Part shown: piece by piece, positions 9,421 through 20,521 of the stretch | How positions within the stretch are numbered: position 1 is the stretch's first letter | How the letters are laid out: each line of letters opens with the position of its first letter | Assembly (NCBI GenBank): GCA_027320695.1 | Contig: DAHVKW010000001.1 | Coordinates: 10,993-74,992 of the forward strand | Direction: 5' to 3' | From: Actinomycetota bacterium | GTDB taxonomy: Bacteria; Actinomycetota; Acidimicrobiia; Acidimicrobiales; Acidimicrobiaceae | DNA length: 64,000 bases | Translations under genes and position numbers: made by a program | The notes under the pieces: model-generated | Told to the model about the DNA's origin: nothing | Database searches by the model: none | What the model saw: only the letters and a program-made list of their open reading frames with translations

Positions 9421-10836
9421 ATGGCAAAAGCCAAGACTGGGTTTCCTTTTACGTCGATTGAACAGATCAACAACAGCCAGCTGCGAGCAAATCTGAAATC
9501 AGCGACCTCGGCAATCAGGGAAAAGCGCGCCAAAGTGGTGGGAGAAAAACAGGATTGGGAGGAGTTGAGGAGAACGGGCGAGCGGATCAAGGACGAGGTG
9601 CTCTCAAGCCTTGATGAATACCTGCTCCAGCTCGAAGAATCGGTGACAAAAGTTGGTGGAATCGTCCATTGGGCTGCGGACTCCTCCGAGGCCAACCGCA
9701 TCATCCTTTCGCTAATTCAGGAACACGGCGAGAGCGAAGTCATCAAGGTCAAATCACTCACCACGGATGAGCTGGACCTAAACGAGTATCTCGCAAATCA
9801 CGGCGTCAGCGCTTTTGAGACCGACCTGGCCGAGCTGATTGTCCAGCTTGCCCATGACAAACCGTCCCACATACTCGTACCTGCCATCCATAAGAGCAGG
9901 TCTGAGATCAAGGAGCTTTTTGAGAATACCATCTCAAAAGGAAGGGTTTTAGGCGATGGGCCTGCTGAGCTAGCGGAGGCCTCCCGGCTCTATCTGAGAC
10001 AGAAGTTTCTTTCCAGCAAAGTGGCAGTTTCCGGAGTGAATTTCGCGGTGGCGGAGACTGGGACGGTTTGTATCGTCGAGTCCGAAGGCAATGGGCGCAT
10101 GTGCCTCACGCTTCCGAAAGTCCTGATAAGCGTGATGGGTATTGAAAAGGTGCTTCCCAAGCTGGATGACCTTGCCGTGTTCCTGGAACTGTTGCCGCGC
10201 TCCTCTACGGGTGAGCGGATGAATCCGTACACTTCAACCTGGACCGGCGTTCATCCAGGCGACGGACCAGAGGAATTTCATCTTGTGATTCTCGACAACC
10301 GAAGATCACACGTTTTAGCCGATCCGGTGGGTCGCCAAGCCTTGAGATGCATACGGTGCTCGGCTTGCCTAAACGTTTGCCCAGTTTACGAGAGATCCGG
10401 CGGCCACGCCTATGGTTCGGTCTACCCCGGCCCGATCGGGGCGATTCTCTCGCCTCAACTGTTTGCTACCGAAGCTTCACTTTCGCTCCCCTGGGCCTCG
10501 ACGCTCTGTGGCGCGTGTTACGAAGTGTGCCCCGTGCGCATTGATATTCCCCGGGTTCTCGTGCATCTACGCGAGAAGGTGATCTCTGAGGGCTATAAAT
10601 CAAAGTCGGAGGAAGCGTCATTTCGACTGATAGCTCTTGTCTTGAATGCTGGACGCAGATTCGATTTGATTCAGCAAGTTGCGACGCGACTCCGGCGGCC
10701 ACTGAACCGTCTTTTTTTGGCGGGATCACTGCCCGGCGTGCTTGGGAAGTGGCGCGCAGCGCGGCAGATTCCCGAGATCCCGAAAGAGACCTTTCGAATG
10801 TGGTGGAGAGCTAATGGGAGCGACAATGGAAACTAG
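9421..10836 (+). CDS. lutB: iron-sulfur lactate utilization protein B
   Basis: ORF 9388..10836. The ATG at 9421 lies 1 nt after the lutA stop. Ferredoxin-type cysteines: CIRCSACLNVCP and CGACYEVCP. Confidence 0.88.
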   Translation: MAKAKTGFPFTSIEQINNSQLRANLKSATSAIREKRAKVVGEKQDWEELRRTGERIKDEVLSSLDEYLLQLEESVTKVGGIVHWAADSSEANRIILSLIQEHGESEVIKVKSLTTDELDLNEYLANHGVSAFETDLAELIVQLAHDKPSHILVPAIHKSRSEIKELFENTISKGRVLGDGPAELAEASRLYLRQKFLSSKVAVSGVNFAVAETGTVCIVESEGNGRMCLTLPKVLISVMGIEKVLPKLDDLAVFLELLPRSSTGERMNPYTSTWTGVHPGDGPEEFHLVILDNRRSHVLADPVGRQALRCIRCSACLNVCPVYERSGGHAYGSVYPGPIGAILSPQLFATEASLSLPWASTLCGACYEVCPVRIDIPRVLVHLREKVISEGYKSKSEEASFRLIALVLNAGRRFDLIQQVATRLRRPLNRLFLAGSLPGVLGKWRAARQIPEIPKETFRMWWRANGSDNGN

Positions 10837-11497
10837 TGGCATTAAGTCATCGCGTGCAGCAATTTTGGAGTTGGTCAAGGCCGCCTTGCGAGAGAAATCG
10901 CCTTCTGCGCCATCAGCTTTAGCCGGGATTGCCACTCCGGGAGCCCCGGGGACACCTCCTTCGATTAGGAAACATCTCGAACAAAGCGTGGCAGATCTAT
11001 TCGAAGAAGTGCTGCTCGATTATAAAGCCACAGTCAGGAGATGCGCTGAGCATCAGGTTCCCAGTGTAATTGCTGAGCTTTTTGCTTCTCAAGAAATATC
11101 AAGCGCCGTCATACCTGACGGTTTGGACAGGAGTTGGATCGAACAAATTAAGGGCATAGAACTTGTCGTGGATGACGGTTTCAGGTCCACTGGGGAGCTC
11201 GCGTCGATCGATGCTGTGATCACAGGATGCGCCTGTGCGATTGCGGAGACCGGAACGCTTGTACTGTCGTGCCAGCCAGACGAAGGCCGGAGAGCTATCA
11301 CGCTTCTTCCTGATTTCCACTTCTGTGTTGTAAGATCATCGGTAATCATTCGAGGCGTTAATGATCTTTTCAAGCATGTCAGTGTCGCCAACCCGATCAC
11401 TCTGATCTCCGGTCCGTCGGCAACTTCGGATATCGAGCTTAAACGGGTAGAGGGCGTCCACGGTCCACGAAACCTTTTCGTGATCATTGTCAGTTAG
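10814..11497 (+). CDS. lutC: lactate utilization protein C
   Basis: ORF 10742..11497. The ATG at 10814 follows GGAGAG and overlaps the lutB end. The LUD-domain-like segment is DAVITGCACAIAETGTLVL. Third gene of lutABC. Confidence 0.8.
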   Translation: MGATMETSGIKSSRAAILELVKAALREKSPSAPSALAGIATPGAPGTPPSIRKHLEQSVADLFEEVLLDYKATVRRCAEHQVPSVIAELFASQEISSAVIPDGLDRSWIEQIKGIELVVDDGFRSTGELASIDAVITGCACAIAETGTLVLSCQPDEGRRAITLLPDFHFCVVRSSVIIRGVNDLFKHVSVANPITLISGPSATSDIELKRVEGVHGPRNLFVIIVS

Positions 11498-11705
11498 CGC
11501 TTCTGCCATGGCCTGCCAAAAGGAAAGTGCCAGGGGCGGTTTCGCATCCGGTCAGAATTTTCACAGATAGGGCCTCATTTAACTGCTGGAAAAGAATTGT
11601 TCATTTCTGACGTCGTTAAGTCGAAAATACAGGTCACAATTGTTCTGAGGGAAATAAAAGGTAGCAAGAAACGTAAAGCGCAATTTTGATCACTAAGGGG
11701 CAATT

Positions 11706-12242
11706 ATGATCGGCAAACGGTGGTTGTTGGTAGGCGTGGTTTTAATTCTCAGCAGCTGTGGATACTCCACGACTAGCGGCTCAGCTACAAATTCTTCAGC
11801 ATCGGGCAACTCTGCCCACGGTGTAGTGTCTTCCGTTTCCTCTATCAACTCGAAGTACGGCGAGATCCTTGCGTCGAGTTCGGGCCATACTTACTACATG
11901 TTCGAACCGGACACTTCCAAGACGTCAGCCTGTTACGGGGCATGCGCAGGAGTCTGGCCCCCGGTCACGGTCGCCGGGTCAGCAAGCCCACCGGTGACTG
12001 GAAATGCGAACAAGGCCTTGGTGGGAACGATTGTTCGTACCGACGGGACGAAGCAAGTGACCTACAACGGGCATCCTCTTTATACGTTCACTGGCGACAG
12101 CGGGCCAAATCTTACCAACGGGCAGGGCATCGACCATTTTGGAGGATATTGGTACGTTATGGGAGTCGATGGTTCGGTTATAACGTCGGCTGGGGGCGGA
12201 ACGTCTCCAAACTCCACCGGAGCGTCAGGCTCGCTGTACTGA
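11706..12242 (+). CDS. secreted lipoprotein (COG4315-like)
   Basis: Signal peptide with a lipobox (LILSSCG). The repeated motif is GHTYYMFEPD...CYGACAGVWPPV / GHPLYTFTGD. Confidence 0.75.
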   Translation: MIGKRWLLVGVVLILSSCGYSTTSGSATNSSASGNSAHGVVSSVSSINSKYGEILASSSGHTYYMFEPDTSKTSACYGACAGVWPPVTVAGSASPPVTGNANKALVGTIVRTDGTKQVTYNGHPLYTFTGDSGPNLTNGQGIDHFGGYWYVMGVDGSVITSAGGGTSPNSTGASGSLY

Positions 12243-12350
12243 AATCCCACTATTGCCCTGCTAAAAGTATCTAGATTGATAGGTCTCTCAGGTCAATGAG
12301 CCTATGGCCTGCGAGACCATGAGGTATTTTAAGGGATGCACTAAACTGGC

Positions 12351-12611
12351 TTGATGCTCAGTCTCATTGTTGCAATGTTGATTGCGGGCTTTGTTATTGG
12401 CGCGCTGGGGCGGCTGGTCGTTCCAGGCCCAAATCCCATGGGAATCTTTTCAACGATTCTGGTTGGTTTGGCTGGATCATTTGCGGGGGGTATCGTTGGG
12501 CGCATTATTTTTGGACCGCGTTACTCCTATGCGGTCGGTCTGTCGCTTATCGTGTCGGTTTTATGCACTGCGCTAATTGTTTATGTTCTGCAGCGGCCGA
12601 GACGCAGGTAG
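12351..12611 (+). CDS. GlsB/YeaQ/YmgE family membrane protein
   Basis: 86 aa with Gly-rich TM segments: IAGFVIGALGRLVVPG...GLAGSFAGGIVGR. Confidence 0.8.
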   Translation: MMLSLIVAMLIAGFVIGALGRLVVPGPNPMGIFSTILVGLAGSFAGGIVGRIIFGPRYSYAVGLSLIVSVLCTALIVYVLQRPRRR

Positions 12612-12689
12612 CACTGCGTGGGCGCGACAAAGCCGCGAGCCAGTAACCCACTTCGGGGATTAGTTACTTGGTTGTGACTATTGGACCTG

Positions 12690-13505
12690 TCAATTAACTA
12701 GCGACTTGGCCTTATGGAAAAGCCCGCTGTCCTCAGACCCGAGTGCAGTTCGTATTCTGACCGACATGACGGACTGCTTCTCCGGGTTGGCACCAATAGA
12801 ATTTCCGACGCCAAGATACCGCTCTATTACTTCGGGGTTCTTCAGCAGTTCCTGGCCAGTGCCACGTATGGTTATGTTTCCACGCTCGAGGAGAACTGCT
12901 CTGTCAGCGATGGAAAGCGCAATCTGTCCGTTCTGCTCGATCAAAAGGACTCCAACACCGCTCTTGGCGAGACTTGGGAGGATGTCAAAGATCGTCTGAA
13001 CCACAATCGGGGCGAGCCCAAGCGAAGGCTCGTCCATCAGCAGGTACTTGGGACCGGCCATGAGGCCCCTGCCTATCGCCAGCATCTGCTGTTGACCACC
13101 TGAAAGGGCCCCGGCTATGTTGTTCAGCCGCTCTTTTAGCGCTGGAAATATCTCAAGGACCTTCTCGAGGCGCTCGCCTGCTATCTGCTTGCTAGTTCTA
13201 TAGGCACCAAGGTCAAGGTTTTCAGCAACTGTCATAGTTGCAAAGACCTGTCTTCCTTCGGGAACGTGGGAGACCCCATGGGAAACCATACTCGATGGTC
13301 CAGCATTAGTAAGGTTCTTGCCATCAACGACAATTGACCCTGAGCGGGACCTGATCAACGAGGAGATCGTCCTTAGCAAGGTGGACTTCCCTGCTCCGTT
13401 GGCACCAATCACCGCGACAAGGGATCCGGGTGAAATCTCTAAATCAATGTCATGCAAAACATCCGGACCGTCATATCCTGAGGACAGATTTTTAATTTCA
13501 AGCAT
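12690..13505 (-). CDS. livF: branched-chain amino acid ABC transporter ATP-binding protein (LivF type)
   Basis: Walker A GANGAGKST, signature LSGGQQQML, Walker B LLMDEPS. It overlaps the upstream fused gene by 8 nt. Confidence 0.88.
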   Translation of the reverse strand: MLEIKNLSSGYDGPDVLHDIDLEISPGSLVAVIGANGAGKSTLLRTISSLIRSRSGSIVVDGKNLTNAGPSSMVSHGVSHVPEGRQVFATMTVAENLDLGAYRTSKQIAGERLEKVLEIFPALKERLNNIAGALSGGQQQMLAIGRGLMAGPKYLLMDEPSLGLAPIVVQTIFDILPSLAKSGVGVLLIEQNGQIALSIADRAVLLERGNITIRGTGQELLKNPEVIERYLGVGNSIGANPEKQSVMSVRIRTALGSEDSGLFHKAKSLVN

Positions 13506-16293
13506 CGGTTAACCGCACTTCCGTTGAGCCAAAATACGCAGAAATAACTGCTGGATTCTTCTGGATGTCCTCCGGAAGGCCACTTGCAATGACCCGGCCG
13601 ACATCCATCACTGTAACTTTTTGGGCAATTCCCATGACGAGCGCCATGTTATGGTCAACCACGAGAATGGTACGACCGGCGTCCCGAATTGCCAAAAGCA
13701 TCGATCCCAACTCTTCTGTCTCGGCGTCGTTCATACCGGCGCCAGGCTCATCAAGAAGGAGGACCTTGGATCCAGACATCAACGCCCTTGCGAGGTCGAG
13801 GTGTTTTTGCGCGGCAAGCGGAAGATTTCCTGCCGGCTCATAGGCTTGGTGTCCAAGGCCAAGAGCTACGAGAATGCTCATTGCCCTTTCCCGAAGCTCC
13901 TTTTCCTCCCTGCGCGCTCGAACTGTACCCACTCCGCAGGAAACAATTCCGCTCTGCGATAGCCGGGAACCGCCTAGCAAGACGTTGTCGACGACGGTCA
14001 ACTGCTCGAATACCCGAGAAGTCTGGAATGTACGGAATAATCCGAGTTCAGCTGCCTTATGCGGCCGCGTCACTGGGAGGACTTGATCCCAAAGTGTCAC
14101 AGTGCCGGCGTCGGGTATATAGAGATTGGTTATCAGGTTGAATAACGTTGACTTGCCAGCACCGTTGGGTCCGATTAGCGCGCCAATCGTGCCCTCTTCG
14201 AGATCGAAGCTCACCTCGCGAACTGCCATGACTCCACCGAAACTCTTGGAGAGGCCGGATATTCTGAGCGCGACTGCCGGCAGATGCCCGTCCGCCGTCT
14301 GAGCCGCGGGAGAATTGCTGACGGCCGAAGTTTGCACAACAGGTGCTGCCGGTACGGCTGGCTGCCCCGCCATAACTGCTTCTTCGAGCGTGACTGGCAC
14401 TGCCGCGGGAAGTTTGGCGCTGAGGCCAAAATGAACGCTCAGCCAGTTGATTCCTTTTATAGGCACTCCAACGATTCCGTCCGGCAAATAACGCAAGAAT
14501 GTGACCAGGAGCAGTCCGTCAACGACGGGCCCAACATTCGCCATTTGCTGAGATAGATTCGGCAGAAATGTAATGATTGTCACACCGATTAGAGGCCCGA
14601 GCCTGCTCACGGTGCCTCCAATTACAAGCATTGTGATCAGCTGAAGCGATACTCCTGAGCCGACCATGTCGGGTGAGAGGAAGTGAAAGAATCCGCTGTA
14701 GAGCGAGCCGGCAATCGATGCGATGGCTGCGCTCACAAGGAACACGGTAATCTTGGCCTTTCGCGTGTCAAGACCAATTGCGGAGATACCGACATCGTCC
14801 TCGTTCATGGCTTTGAGTAGGCGTCCTCTGTGGCTTTTTATAAGGCGGGAGCTGAAGTAGAGGGCTATGGCTACCAAAGCAAAGATGAGATAGAAGAACT
14901 TGGTGTCGGTGTTGAAGGTGTAGCCGTCGATTGAGAACGAGGGTATTCCTGATATTCCGGAGGGACCGCCGGTCGAGCCCATTCCAGTTGCAATGGCTGG
15001 GACAAAGATACCGAACGCCAAGGTTACGACGGCAAGATACATTCCTCTAACTCTGGATCCTGCCAGACCGAGGATAACAGCACATCCTAGAGAGAGCGCC
15101 ACGCCGGCCAGCAAGCCCCAGATAGGTGCAAGGTGATGATTGACCGTCAGAAGCGCGGAGGTGTAACCGCCGACGGCCATGAAGCCAGCTTGGCCAAGGC
15201 TGACCTGACCCGATACTCCAGTCAAGAGCTCGAGGCCAACTATGGAAAGTGCAAAGATGCCTACCAGATCGATGGTGTGAAGTGTCCCTGACGCCGAGAA
15301 CATCCTTGGCAAACCAAATAATAGAACAATTGCCAGGACTGCCCAACCTATCTTTGTCCAGCTGGCAGGGACCTTGAGCTTCAGTTCAGGCCTGCCACTC
15401 CGTTTGTCTGCCGTGTCCGCTCGACGCCCTTTGCGCCTTGAGAGGAGCCCTTCTGGCCTGACAATCAGTAGGACAATAAGAATTCCCAGACTTATCGCTG
15501 GGCCAAAGACGGAGGAAACATAGCCGGTTATCAATGCCGTCAAGATACCTAGCACCAGACCACCCGCAATGGCCCCGAAGACGGAGCCAAGTCCGCCTAT
15601 CGTCACAGCTATCAAGCCTTGGTTTGTGAAGTTCGCCATTGACGCAAAGTCGAGAGAGGTGGTCGGCGCCATGACCGCCCCGGCAATTACTCCTAATGCG
15701 GTTGCGAGTGCAAAGGCGATTATTACCACTCTGTCTACTGCCACACCCATCAGCTTGGTGGCGGTCGGGTTTTCCGCGGAAGCACGCAGCGATTGGCCAA
15801 ACCGTGTTTTGAATAGCAACCAGTAAAGAAGCGTCACGGCGACGGCAGCGGTTCCGATGATCCAGAAGTCCTGACTCACGATGTCGGCGCCAAACACAGT
15901 CACCGGTCGCGACCCGGAAAAGGAACGCAGCGTATACGGGTTGCTGCCCCAAATCAGGTACGCGATGCCTTGGAAAGCCGTGAGCAAACCACCCATCATC
16001 ATCAGCAAGCTGCTGTGTGAGATCCTCTCCATGGCAGGTCTTACGAGAACCCAGGTCAAGAGGCTCATGAGCCCCACTAGCAACACCAGGGCTACTAGGA
16101 ACGCAACACCCAGGCTGAAGTGGGCGTGCTGCGTCAAGCTGAACATGATCAAAGCGCCGGCGGTGACAAATGCTCCTTGCGTCAGATTTAGAATCCTCGT
16201 AACGCTAAAGACCAAGCTGAAACCAGCTGCCAAGAGTGCATAGATGCACCCTGTAACGATTCCACCAATAATGATATTGAGCGCTTCAGTCAC
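13498..16293 (-). CDS. fused LivH-LivM-LivG (permease / permease / ATPase) polypeptide, 931 aa
   Basis: A single uninterrupted ORF. The N-terminal part is LivH-like ([22 protein letters not shown]). The middle part is LivM-like ([27 protein letters not shown]). A Pro/Ala-rich linker follows, then the LivG ATPase ([22 protein letters not shown]). Confidence 0.85.
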   Translation of the reverse strand: MTEALNIIIGGIVTGCIYALLAAGFSLVFSVTRILNLTQGAFVTAGALIMFSLTQHAHFSLGVAFLVALVLLVGLMSLLTWVLVRPAMERISHSSLLMMMGGLLTAFQGIAYLIWGSNPYTLRSFSGSRPVTVFGADIVSQDFWIIGTAAVAVTLLYWLLFKTRFGQSLRASAENPTATKLMGVAVDRVVIIAFALATALGVIAGAVMAPTTSLDFASMANFTNQGLIAVTIGGLGSVFGAIAGGLVLGILTALITGYVSSVFGPAISLGILIVLLIVRPEGLLSRRKGRRADTADKRSGRPELKLKVPASWTKIGWAVLAIVLLFGLPRMFSASGTLHTIDLVGIFALSIVGLELLTGVSGQVSLGQAGFMAVGGYTSALLTVNHHLAPIWGLLAGVALSLGCAVILGLAGSRVRGMYLAVVTLAFGIFVPAIATGMGSTGGPSGISGIPSFSIDGYTFNTDTKFFYLIFALVAIALYFSSRLIKSHRGRLLKAMNEDDVGISAIGLDTRKAKITVFLVSAAIASIAGSLYSGFFHFLSPDMVGSGVSLQLITMLVIGGTVSRLGPLIGVTIITFLPNLSQQMANVGPVVDGLLLVTFLRYLPDGIVGVPIKGINWLSVHFGLSAKLPAAVPVTLEEAVMAGQPAVPAAPVVQTSAVSNSPAAQTADGHLPAVALRISGLSKSFGGVMAVREVSFDLEEGTIGALIGPNGAGKSTLFNLITNLYIPDAGTVTLWDQVLPVTRPHKAAELGLFRTFQTSRVFEQLTVVDNVLLGGSRLSQSGIVSCGVGTVRARREEKELRERAMSILVALGLGHQAYEPAGNLPLAAQKHLDLARALMSGSKVLLLDEPGAGMNDAETEELGSMLLAIRDAGRTILVVDHNMALVMGIAQKVTVMDVGRVIASGLPEDIQKNPAVISAYFGSTEVRLTDA

Positions 16294-17262
16294 GCTTTCA
16301 TCCCCAAATCACTCCAGAATCAAGAGGTACCAAACTGTACCTCAATTCGCTTCTCGATTATTCCGTTATAAAACTATTGCCTCAGCTAGCCGGGTGGAAG
16401 CTTCCAATCGGTGGGACTGAATCCGGTTCAGCCGACTTTTGGTTAGGCTGGTGCGCCATCATTCAAGTGCGATAGCTGGTGTTTCCTTTTCCTGCCACAA
16501 CATATCCACTGGCTTTTTGGCCGAAGTACGATCTAGATTTAGCTAAAACACTCCTTGACATCAACTATCTAAAAAATTAATTCTTGTGCACAGCAGGCAT
16601 CGCTGGCACGAGCGAGTTGCTATTAGGTAGACCAGTAAACACGCGCTGGTTGCAAAGACCCGCAAACAGCGAAGGCCAGACTTCACAGCTGAGTCTGGCG
16701 CGCTAGCGAATCGATACCCCACCGGTATGATCCGACGCCACGGCTTGCTGGTGTTTTAAAGCCAGCTGATTTCCCCTTCCCACCTTCTTCTCTTTTGAAC
16801 CGATCCCACAAATATCGATTTGACAAATCCAGAAACGCTGAACAGCGCAATTTCTGCGTTCCAATCCCCGTTCGAACTTACGTTGATTGCTGTAGATTCG
16901 GTCTTACGGACCTCCCTGTTAACTGTGTCAAATATAGCTCTTCCGTGAATTTCCAACAGAGTTGAAGAGATACTAATAGATGCTCGAGCGGAATGTTTGG
17001 ACTGTGGTAACAATTACATTGACTGCAAGTGCCTCGATCTGATTCTTTCGATATGCCCAACCTTCATTGTGATAACTGTCACACATTATATCTCAGCTAG
17101 TCAGTAAGTTTTCAGATTGTATCTTCTTCGGATCAGGGAAGATTCTCCCCCCGACCAATTTCGACTGGGACGTTCCCCGGCACGTGCAAAGGGTGCGCTT
17201 CAATTTCAAAGAGGGCAGAATCCAACTCACAGTCCGTACCTTTAACTCGAGCTATTTATTTG

Positions 17263-18477
17263 CTATTCAACGCTCTCGAACACTGCGGCAATACCCTGCC
17301 CGCCGCCAATGCACATGGTCTCCAAAGCGTACTTACTCCCCCGACGACGCATCTCGTTGAGCATTGTTGCGAGAATTCGACCACCGGTAGCGCCAATTGG
17401 GTGACCAATGGAAATTCCTGAGCCGTTCACGTTGGTTCGTTCAAAATCAGCTTTGGTAAATTTCCATTCTGCGGTCACTGCCAGAACCTGCGCTGCGAAG
17501 GCCTCGTTGAGCTCGATAAGATCCATGTCGGATAGTTTCAGGTTCGCTCTTGAAAGGGCTTTTTGAGTTGCCGGAACGGGACCAATGCCCATGGTTCGTG
17601 GATCAACGCCTGCGCTGGCCCACGAGATCAGCTTCGCAAGCGGGGTGAGCCCCAGTTCATGGGCTTTGTCCATTGTGGTGACGATGCATACCGAAGCTGC
17701 GTCGTTTTGGCCGCTGGCGTTTCCAGCAGTGACGGTTGACTCAGAATCAATTCCAAGCCGGATCGGCCGAAGTTTGGCCAACTGCTCCATGGTGGTGTCA
17801 GCCCTTGGGTGCTCGTCCGTATCGACAATAATCACTTCGCCCCGAGGCTTGGAGACTTCGATCGGCACCATTTCGTTGTCAAAACGGCCTTCCTGCTGAG
17901 CTCTGACGGCGCGCTGATGGGAGTGATAAGCCAGTTCGTCTTGTGCATCACGGGAAATGTTGTACTCGCGACGTAGGTTCTCGGCGGTTTCGATCATTCC
18001 TCCAGGAACCTCGAAGAAGCGTCCGCCCGAGGTCACCCTCCCTCTGGCGAGGCGATCATGCATCATGACTGCGTCGCCCTTCACGCCGTTGCGCAGTCCA
18101 AGGACATAGTGTTCGGCCTGAGACATACTCTCAGCGCCTCCTGCCAGAACGAGGTCAGCGACGCCGGTTTGAACCTCCATAGCCGCAATGGCTATCGCCT
18201 GCAGCCCTGAACCGCATCTTCTGTCAACTTGGAATCCCGGAACAGTTACCCCGAGACCTGCATTGAGAGCGGCGATCCGACCTAACGCGGGCGCTTCGCC
18301 ATTCGAATAGCCCTGACCAAAAATTACATCGTCAATGTCTTGCGAAGTGATGCCGGTTTTTTGAACTAGTGTCGAGATGACTGTGGCCGACATGTCCTCC
18401 ACTCGAACTGTGCTCAGTACCCCGCCGAAACGACCAACAGGGGTTCTAAGCGGCGAACAGATTACGGCGTCTCTCAT
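17263..18477 (-). CDS. pcaF: acetyl-CoA C-acyltransferase, probable 3-oxoadipyl-CoA thiolase
   Basis: Thiolase motifs: VDRRCGSGLQAI, NGSGISIGHPIGATG and CIGGGQG. It is divergent from pcaIJ. Confidence 0.85.
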   Translation of the reverse strand: MRDAVICSPLRTPVGRFGGVLSTVRVEDMSATVISTLVQKTGITSQDIDDVIFGQGYSNGEAPALGRIAALNAGLGVTVPGFQVDRRCGSGLQAIAIAAMEVQTGVADLVLAGGAESMSQAEHYVLGLRNGVKGDAVMMHDRLARGRVTSGGRFFEVPGGMIETAENLRREYNISRDAQDELAYHSHQRAVRAQQEGRFDNEMVPIEVSKPRGEVIIVDTDEHPRADTTMEQLAKLRPIRLGIDSESTVTAGNASGQNDAASVCIVTTMDKAHELGLTPLAKLISWASAGVDPRTMGIGPVPATQKALSRANLKLSDMDLIELNEAFAAQVLAVTAEWKFTKADFERTNVNGSGISIGHPIGATGGRILATMLNEMRRRGSKYALETMCIGGGQGIAAVFESVE

Positions 18478-18879
18478 AATCCCTCCAATTTTACCTTACA
18501 AGTATTCTTGTGTACAGAAATACATTAGTCTTATCAGAAACTTGAACCTTTCGGCCGATCTCCGAGTCTGCAGTGTAGAAATGTAGTCGTTTTATGGCTT
18601 CATTGCCAAAACCAATGTTTGTTCGAAGCCATCTGGACTTTTACTTTCTAGAAATTAGGGAAAATGGCTATGAAAGCCAAAACGATGAAAAAGTATGATT
18701 CGCTCTGCCGAAGGATGATTAGAAATAATTTAGGATAACTCAAAAATTATCTTGTTTGCAGATTATTGATAGCGCATAGTTAGAGGCCCGTCACTCCCCC
18801 GCATAGATTTAGTCGCGTGGTAGTAGATAATCTATCTAGTGGAGTCAACATGCGGCCGCATTGGCATTAAGGTAGGTTA

Positions 18880-19680
18880 ATGGCGGAGATCGTGTCATTG
18901 CAGGAGGCCATCGCTAGCCTCCTAAGGAATGGGGACACCGTAGCACTCGAGGGATTCACTCATCTAATCCCGATGTCTGCCGGACATGAAATAATTAGGC
19001 AGAAATTCAAGGAGTTGACAGTCGTCCGGCTAACTCCGGACTTGATTTCCGACCAGTTGATCGGCGCAGGCTGTGTGAGCAAGCTCGTTTTCTCGTGGGG
19101 AGGGAATCCTGGAGTCGGCTCGCTCCACCGATTCAGAGACGCAATTGAGCACGGCTGGCCGGGTCCTTTGGAAATCGACGAGCACAGTCACGCTGGCTTG
19201 ACAAACAGGTATGTCGCCGGCGCATCAGGACTCCCGTTTGCGGTTATGCGCGGATACCGAGGTACTGGACTAGATGAAGTTAGCTCTACGGTTGCTCCCA
19301 TCATCTGCCCCTTCACGGGCGAGGAGTTGAGAGCGGTGGCGGCCATCAATCCGGACCTGACAGTAATTCATGCGCAGCGCGCCGACCATAAAGGAAACGT
19401 TCAGCTTTGGGGCATCACGGGCGTGCAAAAAGAAGCAGTTCTGGCGGGCCGAAAATCACTAGTGACGGTAGAGGAAATAGTTGAAAAGCTTGACCCGCGG
19501 CCCGGCGACGTTATCCTTCCATCTTGGCTCGTTAGCGCGGTGGCGCTCTCACCCGGGGGGTCCAGGCCGTCTTACGCTGCTGGCTACTACCAACGGGATA
19601 ATGATTTTTATATTGCCTGGGACGAGATCAGCCGAGACCGCGATACGTTTCTCAGCTGGATGAAAGATAATGTTCTGTGA
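18880..19680 (+). CDS. pcaI: 3-oxoadipate CoA-transferase subunit A (CoA-transferase family I)
   Basis: 266-aa CoA-transferase A-subunit-like ORF. It is first in the pcaIJHGB-L order. Confidence 0.8.
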   Translation: MAEIVSLQEAIASLLRNGDTVALEGFTHLIPMSAGHEIIRQKFKELTVVRLTPDLISDQLIGAGCVSKLVFSWGGNPGVGSLHRFRDAIEHGWPGPLEIDEHSHAGLTNRYVAGASGLPFAVMRGYRGTGLDEVSSTVAPIICPFTGEELRAVAAINPDLTVIHAQRADHKGNVQLWGITGVQKEAVLAGRKSLVTVEEIVEKLDPRPGDVILPSWLVSAVALSPGGSRPSYAAGYYQRDNDFYIAWDEISRDRDTFLSWMKDNVL

Positions 19681-19729
19681 CGGCGCATTTCGGTTGGCAT
19701 GCAAAGGCGTGTACCGCCAATAGTCAAGG

Positions 19730-20497
19730 GTGACCATGGAAATGATAGAGCCATTTACTAGCGACGAAATGATGTCAATAGCCGCAGCGAGACAACTTAG
19801 CAATAATCAGGTCTGCTTTATTGGCATTGGCTTACCCTCCAAAGCAGCCAATCTTGCCAGGCGGCTCCATGCGCCCGATCTGATAATGATTTATGAAAGT
19901 GGGACTTTAGGCGCTAAGCCCACCCAACTCCCCCTTTCAATTGGTGACGGAGAATTGGCGGAGACGGCTGACACGATCGTGTCGGTACCTGAAATATTCA
20001 ATTATTTATTGCAACCCGGGAGAATCGACGTCGGGTTTTTAGGCGCCGCCCAGATAGACAAGTTCGCGAATCTCAATTCCACAGTGATCGGCGATTATTA
20101 CAAGCCTTCAGTTCGCCTTCCGGGCGCAGGTGGCGCACCCGAGATTGCCTCCTCCTCGAAGCGCGTAGTAGTCATGCTCAGGCAGTCAGCGAAGTCTTTC
20201 GTGGACAAGCTTCCATTCATAACTTCCGTGGGATTCGGAGCTGGACCAGGGGATCGTGAAAAGCTTGGCTTGAGGGGCGCGGGGCCGGTAATGGTGATTA
20301 CTGATCTGGGAATTTTCGAGCCTGATCCAGCTAGTAAAGAACTGGTCCTCACGCATATACATCCCAACATCGCAGTTGAAAACGTAATAGAATCAACTGG
20401 CTGGAACATCAAAATTGCAAATCAACTAATGGTTACAGATCCACCGACGGAAAAAGAACTCGAAGCTATCAGGTCGCTAGTTTCTGCCAGGAAATAG
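19730..20497 (+). CDS. pcaJ: 3-oxoadipate CoA-transferase subunit B
   Basis: B-subunit-like sequence with the IYESG active-site Glu context. It follows pcaI. Confidence 0.8.
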   Translation: MTMEMIEPFTSDEMMSIAAARQLSNNQVCFIGIGLPSKAANLARRLHAPDLIMIYESGTLGAKPTQLPLSIGDGELAETADTIVSVPEIFNYLLQPGRIDVGFLGAAQIDKFANLNSTVIGDYYKPSVRLPGAGGAPEIASSSKRVVVMLRQSAKSFVDKLPFITSVGFGAGPGDREKLGLRGAGPVMVITDLGIFEPDPASKELVLTHIHPNIAVENVIESTGWNIKIANQLMVTDPPTEKELEAIRSLVSARK

Positions 20498-20521
20498 CCT
20501 CATTTAACGAAAGGATGAATC

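Noticed and set aside
13565-16243. Numerous 60-190-aa ORFs on both strands inside the livHMG gene (for example 15386..15952, 188 aa)
   Set aside because: These are shadow ORFs of a long, well-supported gene. They are Arg/Gly/Cys-rich and have no ribosome-binding sites.
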